A stretch of DNA of 63,210 bases, counting the filler, from Aduncisulcus paluster (taxonomy: Eukaryota): NCBI GenBank assembly GCA_024181965.1. It is 4 parts of 4 records of this genome, joined end to end, with 100 filler letters (N's around TTAATTAATTAA, not from the genome) between each part and the next. Parts side by side here need not be neighbours in the genome. Positions count along the whole stretch, not along the records: positions 10,907 to 25,965 come from BQXS01010802.1; 3 more parts are not named here. One strand, given 5' to 3'. The notes under the pieces were generated by a model, which ran no database searches, was not told where the DNA came from, and saw only the letters and a list, made by a program, of their open reading frames with translations. The position numbers were made by a program, and so were the translations under genes. Below are positions 10,907-23,400 of this stretch, piece after piece; the stretch's first letter is position 1, and every line of letters begins with the position of its first letter.

Positions 10907-12629
10907 TCTCAAGATGATGCTTGATATGATTCAGCTCAATGGATATGCTTGGTCATGCATGTGTGACATTGAATGGTTTTCGCCACAATATGACATCTTT
11001 GGATTGTTCACTCCCATTCTGTTGGCAAAGATAACCAATGACATCCCTGGAGAGTTGTACATTGAGTATGACTTCAATATGTGTGGATGCTTAGATTATA
11101 CACTGAGAAGTATTGTGTGCAGGAATTTGAGGATTTCTTCCCTTTCCAATGATGTCATGCTCCAAACTGAGAATCAGAAGTACCTCATGTCGTGTGTCTT
11201 GCAACAGGCGTGTCTCGACCTTTCAGAGATTCAGGTGCATTCATTGAGTATGGTCGATCACATTCCAATGTTGGACAGAGTTGCACCTGTATGCACCAAT
11301 CTTGAGGATGTTCAGTTAAGCAAGTTCGTTGCATCTCCATCCGACATTGTCCGTTTGTTCACAACGTTGTCCAAGCTTCCAAATGTTACATCCCTCAATG
11401 TATATATGAGTATCATTGCCGATGGGAAGGAACCTTGGGAGGGCATGTGGTCCCAGTGTGGATTGTTTGGGGGCAAGGATCAAGTCAAGGAGGAGGAGGA
11501 GAAGGAGAAGGGTGTTGGCATGACACATGGACTCAGTCAACACGTGCTATCTCTATCTCTGGCTGCTGAAGGAGATCTTCCCGACTGCGATGAACACTCT
11601 CATCTCTGGGATTACAAAAGGATCATGGCATCTTCATGCAAATGTGAGCATGAATATATACCTCTCCCAGCATCTTGGACAATTCCTCCCTTAACTAACC
11701 TCAAGAAATTGTCGATCAGAAGAATCAACTTCAATTCGACACCAGCTATTGTGAACTTCTTTGTCGCATTGAGGGAGGTGCTGAAAGGTGCAACATCACT
11801 CAAGGAGTTTAATTTCAACAGGATTTTTGATCACACCCCAAATGATATCATCAAAGAGATCGCCCCTCTCTTATCGTCATGTGTGTTCGATGTATTGTCG
11901 CCAACAGTGGAGGAATTTGGCAGTTCATGGATGATACTCACGCCTTCTATTGTTGATTCTATGTACAATTGGGCGGTTAGAAATGATGTTCATCTCTCTT
12001 GTGTGAGCTTCCCTCAATGTAGAACTCTTACTCCTATCTGTGTTTCTCCATCCAATTCATCAAATCATCCTTCATGTCCAATTTCAGCTGAAGATCGCCG
12101 GTATGTGATTGAGAAACTCCTTCGCTTCCTCATTATTACATCTCTTCCTCCAATTGGTTCAAATTCAACTGATTCAGTCGACAATCCAGATGATGTTTTC
12201 TCACTTGATTTGTATGGATGTAAGTATTTGGATATGATCGCACATGATGAGGAATTAAGTGCTCTTTTCTGCAAATTGTTGGAACAAATTATGCCAAGAA
12301 CGAAAAACTTGTATTTTGGAGCAAGTTACTTTTCTATCGAGTTCGCGAACTTGGTCGCTCGGTTTCTACCAAGAGCTTGCCGACTTGAATATTTAGACAT
12401 GGGTTTTAATTCACGCTTCGAGGTTAGTGATACAGGTTTGCCAATTGACAAATCGATATTTCTTAGAGCTACAACCGAGATGATTAAAGCGTTGGAGCCT
12501 GTTATCAAATCCAATCCAGACTTCCATTGTTCATTTCCTACAATTACAGAGGATCAAGCAAAAGAATTGATTGAAAAATACCCTTATTCAAAGAAGTTGC
12601 TCTCCAGAATTGCTCACATTGAACTATAA
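10907..12629 (+). CDS. Leucine-rich-repeat (RNI-like) protein, 5' end lost in the gap
   Basis: 571 aa ORF with LRR-like units LPNVTSLNV, LTNLKKLSI, SLKEFNF, RLEYLDMGFN. Confidence 0.6.
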
Positions 12630-13053
12630 ACTGGATACAAGAAAATCTAATGTCTGTGGTAACATTATTAAATGTATTGTTATGGCCCATATGGACCATA
12701 TTAATGGACCCCATATTAAAACTTTTAATTAAAAAGTAAATATGGGGTAAATAATACGACAGCAGCATGAGGCCATGTATTCTGTACAAATCAGTCCTCT
12801 AACATGATCAATCCTTATTCTAGAGTATAGAATTCAATACAATGATAAGTTTACTAGACATTTTAGAAACAAATTCTTGCTAAATTTATCGATTATTTGC
12901 GGTGCTAAAAAGTTCATTTCAATGCTGACAAGGCAATTCCAGCACCCACCCTCTGTGGCACAGAGTCTGTGCATTCGCAATGAGTGGTGGCTGTGGGTTG
13001 ATTTGAACGTAAACGAGCATTAAAATAAATGATGGATCGTTTGTGGGGACATT

Positions 13054-13299
13054 TTGATAGTAACAAGCTGGATGGACCATCAAAAACATTCCCTTTCTCA
13101 TGATTCTGGTGTTAATGTGGCAACAATGGATCTGAATGTAATTGCAAAGAGCAATGGGATTATGGACACAGTAATTGTGCACAGATTACTTGCGTTTGGA
13201 GGCTATAGTCAGGGCAACAATAGCATAAATGAATCATATCCAAGGAAAATGCATATCCATTCGAAGATATAATGTGGTGATTTCTGGGCATATTCATTT
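13054..13299 (+). pseudogene. Kelch-repeat-like gene fragment with in-frame TAA
   Basis: RLLAFGGYSQG is followed, past TAA 13270-13272 in the same frame, by CGDFWAYSF, matching the kelch FGG...D-x-W-x-Y pattern. Confidence 0.35.
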
Positions 13300-13380
13300 T
13301 GTTGTTGTTTTGAATCAATTATTTCTAGTAAGTTTTCAAAATTAATATAAACTTATTTATATAAACATATTAAAATAAAC

Positions 13381-16251
13381 TTAAGGCAAGTAAATGAAAC
13401 CATCATGTTCATAATAAAAAGCAAGGATATATTCTTGCTCGTTGAAAAATTCTTTCATCTTTTCCTCAGGATTTGGACAATATTTTTCATGTTCTTCACC
13501 ATCAACTTCACGATTATCATGATAATGACCCGAAGAGAGTTCTTGGGAGGAAGATTCTTCTTGAAGGATCTTGGCAGGCTTTACAATTTGAGTTGGAGAA
13601 GTGGCTTCTTGAGGATGTTCCATACTATGTTCCATGCTATGTTCCATACTATGTTCCATCTCTGCAATAGGAGGATGTGGCACAACTTTGACTGTATCCT
13701 CAATCTCTCTGGCCTCAATGACTCCAGTTTCCTTTCTTCGAACTTCCTTTCTGGAAATATTCATAGAAGAATCTTCAACAGATATTTTGGGACGATCGAT
13801 CACAACTTCTTCAAGTTCATTCTTTTGAGGAGGGAATATGGTCTTATGATCTATTTTTGGCAATATATCATGAGAAGATTCCTGAAGTTTGACAGGTTTT
13901 CTTTCTTCATTTTCCCCCACAGTAACAACTAATGGTTTCTTGGGTAAAAACTGGTCTAAGGTGGATGTCGAAGTTGAACCTGATTTATCTCCTAATGTTG
14001 GTCTTTTTGGCCGTTTTGGTCTCATAATTCTATCCATTAGAGTGGTTGATAACGAAGGAGAGCGAAGTTTTTCCTTTGGAGGTTCAACGCTGACAACTTT
14101 TGATGTCAGATCTTCTCCACTCTTGATCTTGGGAATATTAATAAATGCTTTAGTCATGTTTGATTCTTTATAAGCACGTTTGTCGTGAACTATTAAGCCT
14201 TTTCCAGCCATATCTTCCTTTATATTCCTCGCAATGTCCAGGACAAGTTGAGTTTCTTCCTCTTTCACTCTGCTTTCAATTTTTATCTGCTCCCATTCAT
14301 GATCTTCTTTGGATTCAAGAATAGACTCAACTGGTGGAGGTAAGGGTATGTTTTCAGGTGGTTTCTCTGGTGATATTCTGGAAGAAAGTGATTTAATAGC
14401 GGGTTGATCAACATCAACAAAACCATCAACATTCTCAAGTGACCTATTTTTAGAATTATCCAAATCATCGGCAGACGACGAAGATTCAAGGAGATCTGCA
14501 GAATCCTGTTCAAACTCCCCACTAATGTTCCGTTGGGCATGTGAAGACTTCACGAGCTGTTCTGTTTTGGCAGAAATGGCAGAAATTGAGGGTAATCCAT
14601 CCACAAACGGGGTTGTAGCAGCTTTGGAAGTTGTTCTAGTATGAGGAAAAACACTAGAAGAGGACGAAGGGACAAAATGTTGTGGAACAGGAGTGAATTG
14701 AGGAGTGAATTTGGAGAGAGGGGAAGGATGAGAAGGAGATAAAGCAATATTATCAAGACAAATTGGGCCAAACGCACCCCATCCAAAGTCAATGGAAGTC
14801 AATGAGCCACACTGACACATCTTATTCAGAGCATTTTGAATGGCTGAGCAATCAGGTTCATCTTTTTCAATGCATGAATCCGAAGGTTCATACACCTTTC
14901 TTTTGTGAATATGCCCCCGATGACGTGAATGACCACTAAAATGTGCAAACCCTTCAAATTCTTCCTCTTCTTCTTCGTCCTCTTCCTCATTTAAGAGTGG
15001 ACTCGAGTATTTCCCATCTCCATGATTAAACAACACACTGACTCCGAGTCGAGAACAACCACCCCTGGTTACAATCTGAAACAGGCGAAGAATTTCAGAG
15101 CGATCAAGCCACACACACAATACATCGAGTGTATGAAGTTTTGGAAGAAATGAAATGGCTTCAAGGAAGGGAAGAAAACCTCCAGACAAAGAATTCTCCA
15201 AGGATTGTCTTTTCCGCAGAGAAGAAGAAGAAGGCGTATGATTTGGATTGGCACTTTGTATTTGCGTAATTTTTGAATCCTCAAGCAAATGTAATGATTC
15301 GGGTTGTAATCTCTTGACGGGAGATGAGAAAGATGGAGAGAATCTTGGTGGTGGAAAGAGTTTGGGAGAAGAGAGTTTATGAGTTTCAGCAGAGGGTTTT
15401 ATATTTTTTGCCATTAAACGTCGCCAAGGTCGTGATTTATGCATAAGTAGTCGAACTAAGCGGAAAAGTAAGGAATGACGGTCGATACCGATTGTTGTTG
15501 CCGGAGTTCCGATTTCTTTTGGTTCTTGGAAGTGCTGATCCTGCATTTCAATCGTTTTAATGCATGAATAAACAAGAGAATTGTCAACGATAGCAATATT
15601 ATTAACATGAGGCAGAGGAGAAGAAAAAAGGGAGGGTTTCTCTGATGTAGAGAATGACTCATCTGTCGAATAAACTTTTTTTGAGATTTCTTTGTGTGTT
15701 GAGGCCGAATAAATGTTTCCGACAAACAATTTTTCAATAGAGTGACATCGATAAATTGAATGGGACAAGTCTCGAAGACCATCGGGTCCCATATCAATAT
15801 TTCTTATATCTAAATATTCTAAATGACAATTTCTCCTTTTAAGCATTGAAGATAAGATTCGAACTCCACTGTCCTTCAATGGATTTCCAGCGAGAGATAA
15901 CACACGAATGGGGGAAGATATTGCATAGTTTACAATCGAAACCATTCCAGTTGCAGTCAATTCACAATGATCCAAATAAAGAGTCGAAATAGGAATGACA
16001 TATTCACGATTATCTTCCAATTCACCAAAGAAGGCACCTAATAAACAAGTTATCTGATCGTCATCAATAACATTGCAATGGCTAACATTAATATGTCCAG
16101 TTCTAGTCGAATCTTCATTTCCATTACGGATATCCTTCTCCATTTGAACAAAGGAAGGTTTAGAAAGTAAATTTAAAATAATTTGAACTGTTTCTATTTC
16201 CATCTCATCGCATAATGCAATATATCGTTCTCGAGATGTTGCCAATTCCAT
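13381..16251 (-). CDS. RNI-type LRR protein with a long disordered C-terminal half
   Basis: ISTLYLDHCELTATG, IRVLSLAGNPLKDSGVRIL, LEYLDIRNIDMGPDGLRDL. First ATG is at 16251 (the track start at 16278 is non-ATG). Confidence 0.8.
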   Translation of the reverse strand: MELATSRERYIALCDEMEIETVQIILNLLSKPSFVQMEKDIRNGNEDSTRTGHINVSHCNVIDDDQITCLLGAFFGELEDNREYVIPISTLYLDHCELTATGMVSIVNYAISSPIRVLSLAGNPLKDSGVRILSSMLKRRNCHLEYLDIRNIDMGPDGLRDLSHSIYRCHSIEKLFVGNIYSASTHKEISKKVYSTDESFSTSEKPSLFSSPLPHVNNIAIVDNSLVYSCIKTIEMQDQHFQEPKEIGTPATTIGIDRHSLLFRLVRLLMHKSRPWRRLMAKNIKPSAETHKLSSPKLFPPPRFSPSFSSPVKRLQPESLHLLEDSKITQIQSANPNHTPSSSSLRKRQSLENSLSGGFLPFLEAISFLPKLHTLDVLCVWLDRSEILRLFQIVTRGGCSRLGVSVLFNHGDGKYSSPLLNEEEDEEEEEEFEGFAHFSGHSRHRGHIHKRKVYEPSDSCIEKDEPDCSAIQNALNKMCQCGSLTSIDFGWGAFGPICLDNIALSPSHPSPLSKFTPQFTPVPQHFVPSSSSSVFPHTRTTSKAATTPFVDGLPSISAISAKTEQLVKSSHAQRNISGEFEQDSADLLESSSSADDLDNSKNRSLENVDGFVDVDQPAIKSLSSRISPEKPPENIPLPPPVESILESKEDHEWEQIKIESRVKEEETQLVLDIARNIKEDMAGKGLIVHDKRAYKESNMTKAFINIPKIKSGEDLTSKVVSVEPPKEKLRSPSLSTTLMDRIMRPKRPKRPTLGDKSGSTSTSTLDQFLPKKPLVVTVGENEERKPVKLQESSHDILPKIDHKTIFPPQKNELEEVVIDRPKISVEDSSMNISRKEVRRKETGVIEAREIEDTVKVVPHPPIAEMEHSMEHSMEHSMEHPQEATSPTQIVKPAKILQEESSSQELSSGHYHDNREVDGEEHEKYCPNPEEKMKEFFNEQEYILAFYYEHDGFIYLP
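13615..13659 (-). repeat. 12-nt coding tandem repeat (MEHS x~4)
   Basis: atgttccat(a/g)ct repeated on the + strand. Confidence 0.9.
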
Positions 16252-17434
16252 AATATCACCTGATATTGCACAAAACAAAAACTTTATGTCTACTAAATCA
16301 TTAAAATATATTATAACAAAAAATAATTAAATTATTACCAAATTTATAAGCAAATATTATATCAATGGATTATTTACTCCATGAAAGCACATATCCTTTC
16401 AAATTCACCTAACTGGGGATATCACATCAAGTATCTTCATAAAACCATTTTATATAGTCAATAAGCATCCTTTTAATCCTTTAAGTGTCTCAAAAACCTG
16501 GATTTAAAAGAATGGTGGGTATTATTCTCGAAGGAAGTGCAGTGGAAAGTAGACTTTCATAGTGAGGGTAGTGACGTTAGGATTGATGATGGCACGAGGT
16601 ATTCTTCTTGGCTCGGGAGAAGTGGGATACAACAACAGTGAAAATGAAGGGAGAGGAGCAGAAGGAAATGGGGTCCAACGCTTTGCCAACAACTCGAGAA
16701 AGTGGGAATTGTTAAGTAGTGTTACATTCATAGCATATATAGTTACTAGTATTGGCCAATAAATAAGGGTTGACACTCGAATTCAGAAGATTAGTTCAGA
16801 TTCAATATGTTTATGTATAAGTTAAGGGGTTATTATTTCTCTTTTTCTTTCACCCTTTCATTTTTTTCTTTCCTTTCTTGTGGTTCAAGCCCATTATCAT
16901 CAAACATTCTGGGCAAAATCCACAAAAAGACTAATGCTGGAGAGGGAGTCTAATATTGGCCCCAGAAGTTGAAATCAAATTAAGTTTTATTTTGTTATAT
17001 TGTTAAATTAATTATTATAATAGAAGAATAATGGAGATAATTAAGAAATTAGCTTATTGCGTGTATTTGAGCTTACATGATAATAATTTTAAAATAATTT
17101 CATTTATATAGTATAATTAAATATAAAACAACTAATTATATTATTCTCACTATGAATTCTTGAACCCTTTGTTATCGTCACGATAATGACGGCTTTTGAC
17201 TGAATTTATCATTCAACTTTCTGGTAATCAATTTTAATTGTGAATTAAATTACATTTTTGGTATTTTTGGTAACTGTTATCCCGTATGTTGATCTTTTTC
17301 ACGATCCACTATTTATCTCGAAGGTTTCCCATTAATTTTCAAATATTACATTAATTTCCGCCTATAAATTATTCATTCATTAATCTTTGCCTACTTTAGT
17401 ATTTATTTTTTAATTCCCCCAATTTATTTAGCCA

Positions 17435-20400
17435 ATGACTTCTCCCACCATTTTTTCCCTTTCAGAGCTTGAGAATCTGAATGATAAAATCAAAGAAACT
17501 TCTTCTCAAACAACTCTAACAGCCCTTTTCAAAGAGACCCTCCCCAGTATTCGAGAGATATTCTCTAGTTTCCATACACCCTCCGATATCGAGTCTAATC
17601 ACGATATTTTTTCGGTTCTCTTTGAAATTATATCTGCGTTTGTAAACCATGATGACAGCACAGGGAAACAGTTGTATCTCAGTTCTCCAAACATCGATGA
17701 ACTCTTGATCTATCTCCTTGAACCCATGATAAAGGCTGAGCGTGTCCTCACAGAAGTATTTGGACATGGAACATCTGCAACTTTAGAAGAAATGTCTGGA
17801 CACCTCGAAGTAGTGGAAATCAACGCAACTGATGGTACAATATACTCAGAACCAGAGCATCCAACCCCACTGCCATCCCACAGCACTGTCCATGCCAAAG
17901 GAACAGGCCATGTTGAACAAGGAGAACATGCTGAACAAGGAGAACATGTTGAACAAGGAGAAAAGGCAGAAAAGACAGAGCTACATACCCATCCCCTCAC
18001 TCGCTGTTTGTTAAGGATTCTGCATGTATCCTTGGAACAATTATCTCACATCAACCCCAGTTATCCCCCTCTGATATACCCGATTATATCCAGAATCCTG
18101 ACCGTGGCACAGTCTCACTCATACAATCGACTCGATGACGCCGTACTCAAGCAGATCCTTTGTATATGCAAACCCATTTCTTTCTCAAATTCTAATTATA
18201 TCAAAAGATCATTATTGGAACTTCTTGCACCTCATTCCTTGTCCCTGATCTTGAAATATCGTTCTGACATTGAGGTGTTTGGCTTTTGGATGGATATTCT
18301 CATGAATCTCACTCTCGATGAGACAAACATCAATCCAGATCCACTCCGATCCTCAAAAGTGTGGCACTTATTCCGTCCTATTCTGGGAATTCTTAGGGAT
18401 GAGTACAAGGGCGATGTGTATGATACGTCTGGACAGATTGATGCTTGTCTGGGGTTCTTTGCCAACCTATGTTCGTGTCCTTGTATTTTAGAGGTTGAGG
18501 ACACTCTTAGAGATGGGAATGGACAGAGTGCATCATCAGGTACTGTCCCCCATGTTCAGACAAATTACCCTGAAGAAGTGTATGAGGGTGTTAAGGATAT
18601 GCTCGATGGTTGGATATACACATTACACCACATGAAACATTCGTGGGGTATTCAATTTGTTAAAGATCTCCTCGATGATTGGTTCTTACCTGTGCAAAAG
18701 AAAAGATACAAACGTTCCATCCGTAGATGGTCTAAATTGGTGTCTACTTTCTCATCTTTTCCAAAATTAGTACCTAGAATATCCCCTAAATACGATAATG
18801 AAATGGAATGGTGCAAAAGAAGGGGAAGGTTGACATCAGATGTTTCCCTCTATTTCTCGAATTGTTATCCAAATGATGTAACAACATGGGAAAAACTGAT
18901 TGAACAAATTCAATCCTGCTCAACTGCAATAGAAAAGTCCAGATTATACAAGAAAAATAAGTTTTCGATGTTATCAGTGTTGAAATTTAGTACTTCTGAT
19001 CGTTCTGAAGAAAGAAGAAAAGGAATGGAAACCGACGATCTTGTTCCAAAAATAGAACAAGGAGAAGGTGGCAAGATTCAACAACATCAACACCATACCT
19101 CCTCTCAGAGTTCTAAAAATAGAATATTCTATATTAGGCAACATTCGAAAGAGATTGAGCTATGTTTCCATTGTCTCGTGGAGTTTTTTGTTCACTTCAA
19201 TGTTCGTCTCAAACGAGTTGTATTTCTTCCTTTCGCAGATATGAAAGATATCATGTCTAATTTTATTGATACATTGAGTGAAATTCATGGAATCCTTCAT
19301 GAAAATGCCGAAAAGGGTCTCATTCCTCAAGCTAAATTTGGAAATCGGATCAGAGTAGAAGAAACAGATATAAATGGTTCATATTGTGCCTTGTGTTCTT
19401 GCTATGCCCTCAAAATGCTGAATGATTATGATCCTGGTTCTTGTACCAACAGTGCCAATACAATGGTCACAGGTTCAAGTCCTTGTCAGATCAATAATGC
19501 TGAAGGAGAACTGCTACAGAATACTATTAATTTCTTTGAGAAAATATCTCCTATTTTGGGACAAATTCTCAAAGAAGGAAGCTCTCGTGACATTCGAATT
19601 CTTCCTTCCTCCTCTTCCTCCTCTTCTTTCGCCTCTTTCTCCTCTAATTCTTTTTCTTCACAACTTCTTAACACTTTACGATTAAGCTCTGTGAAGGATG
19701 TAGCAAGAAACTTAATTAAAACTCTCAAAACAATTTCTATTTTTATCTTGAGAAATAACCAGAATAATTCATGTTCTCTTCGGACATCAAATGCTTGCTT
19801 TGAGCTTCAAATTTCTATTATTAGACTTATTAAGCCATATCTGAGAAACTGGCTGTCTATTTATAGAAGAGATTCAAAGATTACTGGTGCAATCATGTTC
19901 CTTCTTGCAAATCTTACATCTTTGTCAGCATTTACTTCTTCTTCTTTCTCAAAATCTATTTATATGAAAGAAATTGAGGAAAGTATTGTTCATGATGATA
20001 TCATTCCTGAAATAGAACATCTTGAGAAACAATTGCTTATTGAGATTTGGCCCATTGTTCCTTTTATTATGGAGTTTATTTCTTCTGAATACACAATTAT
20101 TCCTTCAAAATCCATCATTACAATGGCTGATCATGAATATGTCTTGCAATTCTTTTCTAATATCTGCACTCTCGACCGTGATAAAGTGTTTATTTTTAAG
20201 TTATATGAATATTTTTCTGTTAATTCAGAAGAAGGAAAGAAGGAAGATAAAAAGGAAGAAAAGGGGGGTGATTTATACATTTTACATTATCTTTTTATGG
20301 GGATGTATTCTGATTTTATCCGCACCACAACTGATGTTTCTGATAGCCATGAGAAAGATAAAATATCAACATCACTTATTATTATTTGTCCGTCCATTCC

Positions 20401-23400
20401 AAATGGAAACTCAACAATAGAAACTCTTATTCAGAATGGACGCTCCTCGGATTCACCAAACAAATATTCCAAATTGAAACTTATCCGAAAGATCATATTC
20501 GGGATATCCCATTGGGTTAAATTAGTCAGTTTAATCGTATCTGGACTTGAATCTCAAACAACAAAAGCTCAATCTGATCATCCAATTCCAATCCCTATTC
20601 TAGTCCAAAATATATGTTTATCTTTCTCAAAACATTTTCAATGGTGCGAATATATCGCCAATGAGTTTTCACTTTCTATATATAGGTATAACGATTGGAT
20701 TTCTGAGAAACAACGAAGACTTCAGAAGCATGATAGTCTTCATTCGGTTTCAGGTCGAAAAAAAATGATTCCAAATGAAAATGAAATCTTATCATCTATT
20801 TTTGGACATTGTGAGAACATTATTCACAACTATTTTTGGGACTATGTGAGAATATTCTCCCCAAAACTACGATATTGGATAAATTTGGGGTCTAAAATTG
20901 TTTCTACTTGTCATGATGGAATGTTGACCAGTGATTTGTTTTCAAAACATAGAGATCAACTTGTAGATGTTTTTGATGAGTTTTGTTCCTCAAAAATGGG
21001 TGAGAGAGAAGAAAATGATAAGCTAATAATAGATCATGCTATGGAACTGTTTCTTTGTTTAGAATGTCTCAGATTGTTTTGTTGTCATACTTCATCCCAC
21101 GTTCTAAAAATAGAAAACGAGAAAGATGAATTGACGCCAAAAGAAGGAATAGAGAAAAAGGAAGGAGAGGGAGAAGGAGAAGGAGAAGAGGAAGAGGAAG
21201 AGGAAGAGGAAGAGGAAGAGAGAGAAGAGAAAAGAGAAGGTGGTCAACAAAGTGAAGAAAGGAGCAAACATGATCGTTCTCAAGTTGTTATTTATCTGCC
21301 TATTGCTGACATGACCATTCTCTTTAACAAATTCTCGAAATATTTTCTTCCAATCTCAAAAGCTTTAAAAACATTATCTTCTTGCCCGAATGTGAAGGGA
21401 AAGAGCAGAGAAGGCGAAAAAGGAGAAGAAGAATATGCTCAAACAAAAAATGATTCCAAATGAAAATGAAATCTTATCATCTATTTTTGGACATTGTGAG
21501 AACATTATTCACAACTATTTTTGGGACTATGTGAGAATATTCTCCCCAAAACTACGATATTGGATAAATTTGGGGTCTAAAATTGTTTCTACTTGTCATG
21601 ATGGAATGTTGACCAGTGATTTGTTTTCAAAACATAGAGATCAACTTGTAGATGTTTTTGATGAGTTTTGTTCCTCAAAAATGGGTGAGAGAGAAGAAAA
21701 TGATAAGCTAATAATAGATCATGCTATGGAACTGTTTCTTTGTTTAGAATGTCTCAGATTGTTTTGTTGTCATACTTCATCCCACGTTCTAAAAATAGAA
21801 AACGAGAAAGATGAATTGACGCCAAAAGAAGGAATAGAGAAAAAGGAAGGAGAGGGAGAAGGAGAAGGAGAAGAGGAAGAGGAAGAGGAAGAGGAAGAGG
21901 AAGAGAGAGAAGAGAAAAGAGAAGGTGGTCAACAAAGTGAAGAAAGGAGCAAACATGATCGTTCTCAAGTTGTTATTTATCTGCCTATTGCTGACATGAC
22001 CATTCTCTTTAACAAATTCTCGAAATATTTTCTTCCAATCTCAAAAGCTTTAAAAACATTATCTTCTTGCCCGAATGTGAAGGGAAAGAGCAGAGAAGGC
22101 GAAAAAGGAGAAGAAGAATATGCTCAAACAAATTTAAGAATGATTCCAAATCATCAAATGCGAAAGGCTATCACTGAATGCATCTGTCAACTGTGTTCTA
22201 ATTATAGCCATGTTGTTTCTCATGAACCAGATCCCTGTTGGAGAGATGATGAACTTATCAGTAAGAATATTTTGCCTATTTTTAGAGATATTCTCAAGAA
22301 TAATAAGAAATCGTTACCTTCTTCCCCTCCATTTTCGTGCTCTTCTTTGACGATCTATCACATTATTAACACTTTAATTAACATTTCAACCTCTACGGAC
22401 TCCTCAAAATGTTCCCTGACAATGAAATTATCTATTTTTAGCTTCCTCAAACCGTATATCAAACCATTAATCACTCAATATCCTCAAAATATAGATCCAA
22501 TTATCCTAATTTTAGCCAATCTGACATCTGAGACCGGGAAGAAAAACAAACTTAAGATTTTGTCTGATATTATCGTCCACGCATGGCCCATTGTGAAGGA
22601 TTCATTAGTCGCTACAATATGGAAGAACTTTAGAAAGAATTCTTTTGATAACAATTCTCTCTCTTCTCAAGCTTCATCAACAAACCTTTGGAATAATTGT
22701 TGCAACAATGGAGAGTCTATTTTTAGATGTTCTTATTCAACACCTTTCTCACTTAATTCTAAAAATAGAATTGTTGATCATGACAACAATAGTTGGTACA
22801 TTGTCAATCCATTCAGGAATAGCCACCGTCATTCTCAATTCAGTATTATCTTACTATTGTCCAACTTTTGTAAGCACCACGAATATGCTCTTGAGGTGTT
22901 TAAGATTGTCAAGAAAATGTATTGGGAATGGTTCAATATAATTCGGTCAATGATGGTCAACTTTCTTCCCTCTCCTGTTCAAACGATTCAAGATCCTCCA
23001 TATTCAACTGAATCATCAGTTACAAGAGCTACAAGTGATATTGTCAAGACAAAACAGCATCATGAGTATGATTCTTATTCTGCTTACATCCAATACAATC
23101 TCGCTAAATATCAGCAATCGCAAGCTAGTGTATTCCTTGTTCGTTTGTTATCCATTCTTTCGGATATTTCTCTGATATCACACAAATTTACTTGCATCAG
23201 AACAGATATTGCAACTGTTTGGGCATATTCTCATGGTGCTAAAAATATCGATTTCCTGAGATACTCAAGAAACATAGTGGCTGTAAACTCTAGATTTCTC
23301 AAACTTGGAGCTTTGACTTCTCTTCTCAAATGTTATAAGAGTTTGACCCGTGTTGATAACCCACTCGATTCCAAAAGAATTTCTATAATATTCTCATCAA

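Noticed and set aside
13270-13272. TAA/TAG reassigned to Gln, as in hexamitid diplomonads
   Set aside because: Conserved genes end properly at TAA (RPL35, CFAP53, SF-assemblin), TAG (TFIIS, DNAAF5) and TGA (VAC14, NMNAT), and long ORFs lack internal TAR.
21150-21240. GAA/GAG and TCT/TCC runs as mobile or regulatory repeats
   Set aside because: They are coding poly-Glu/poly-Ser tracts, common throughout the window.
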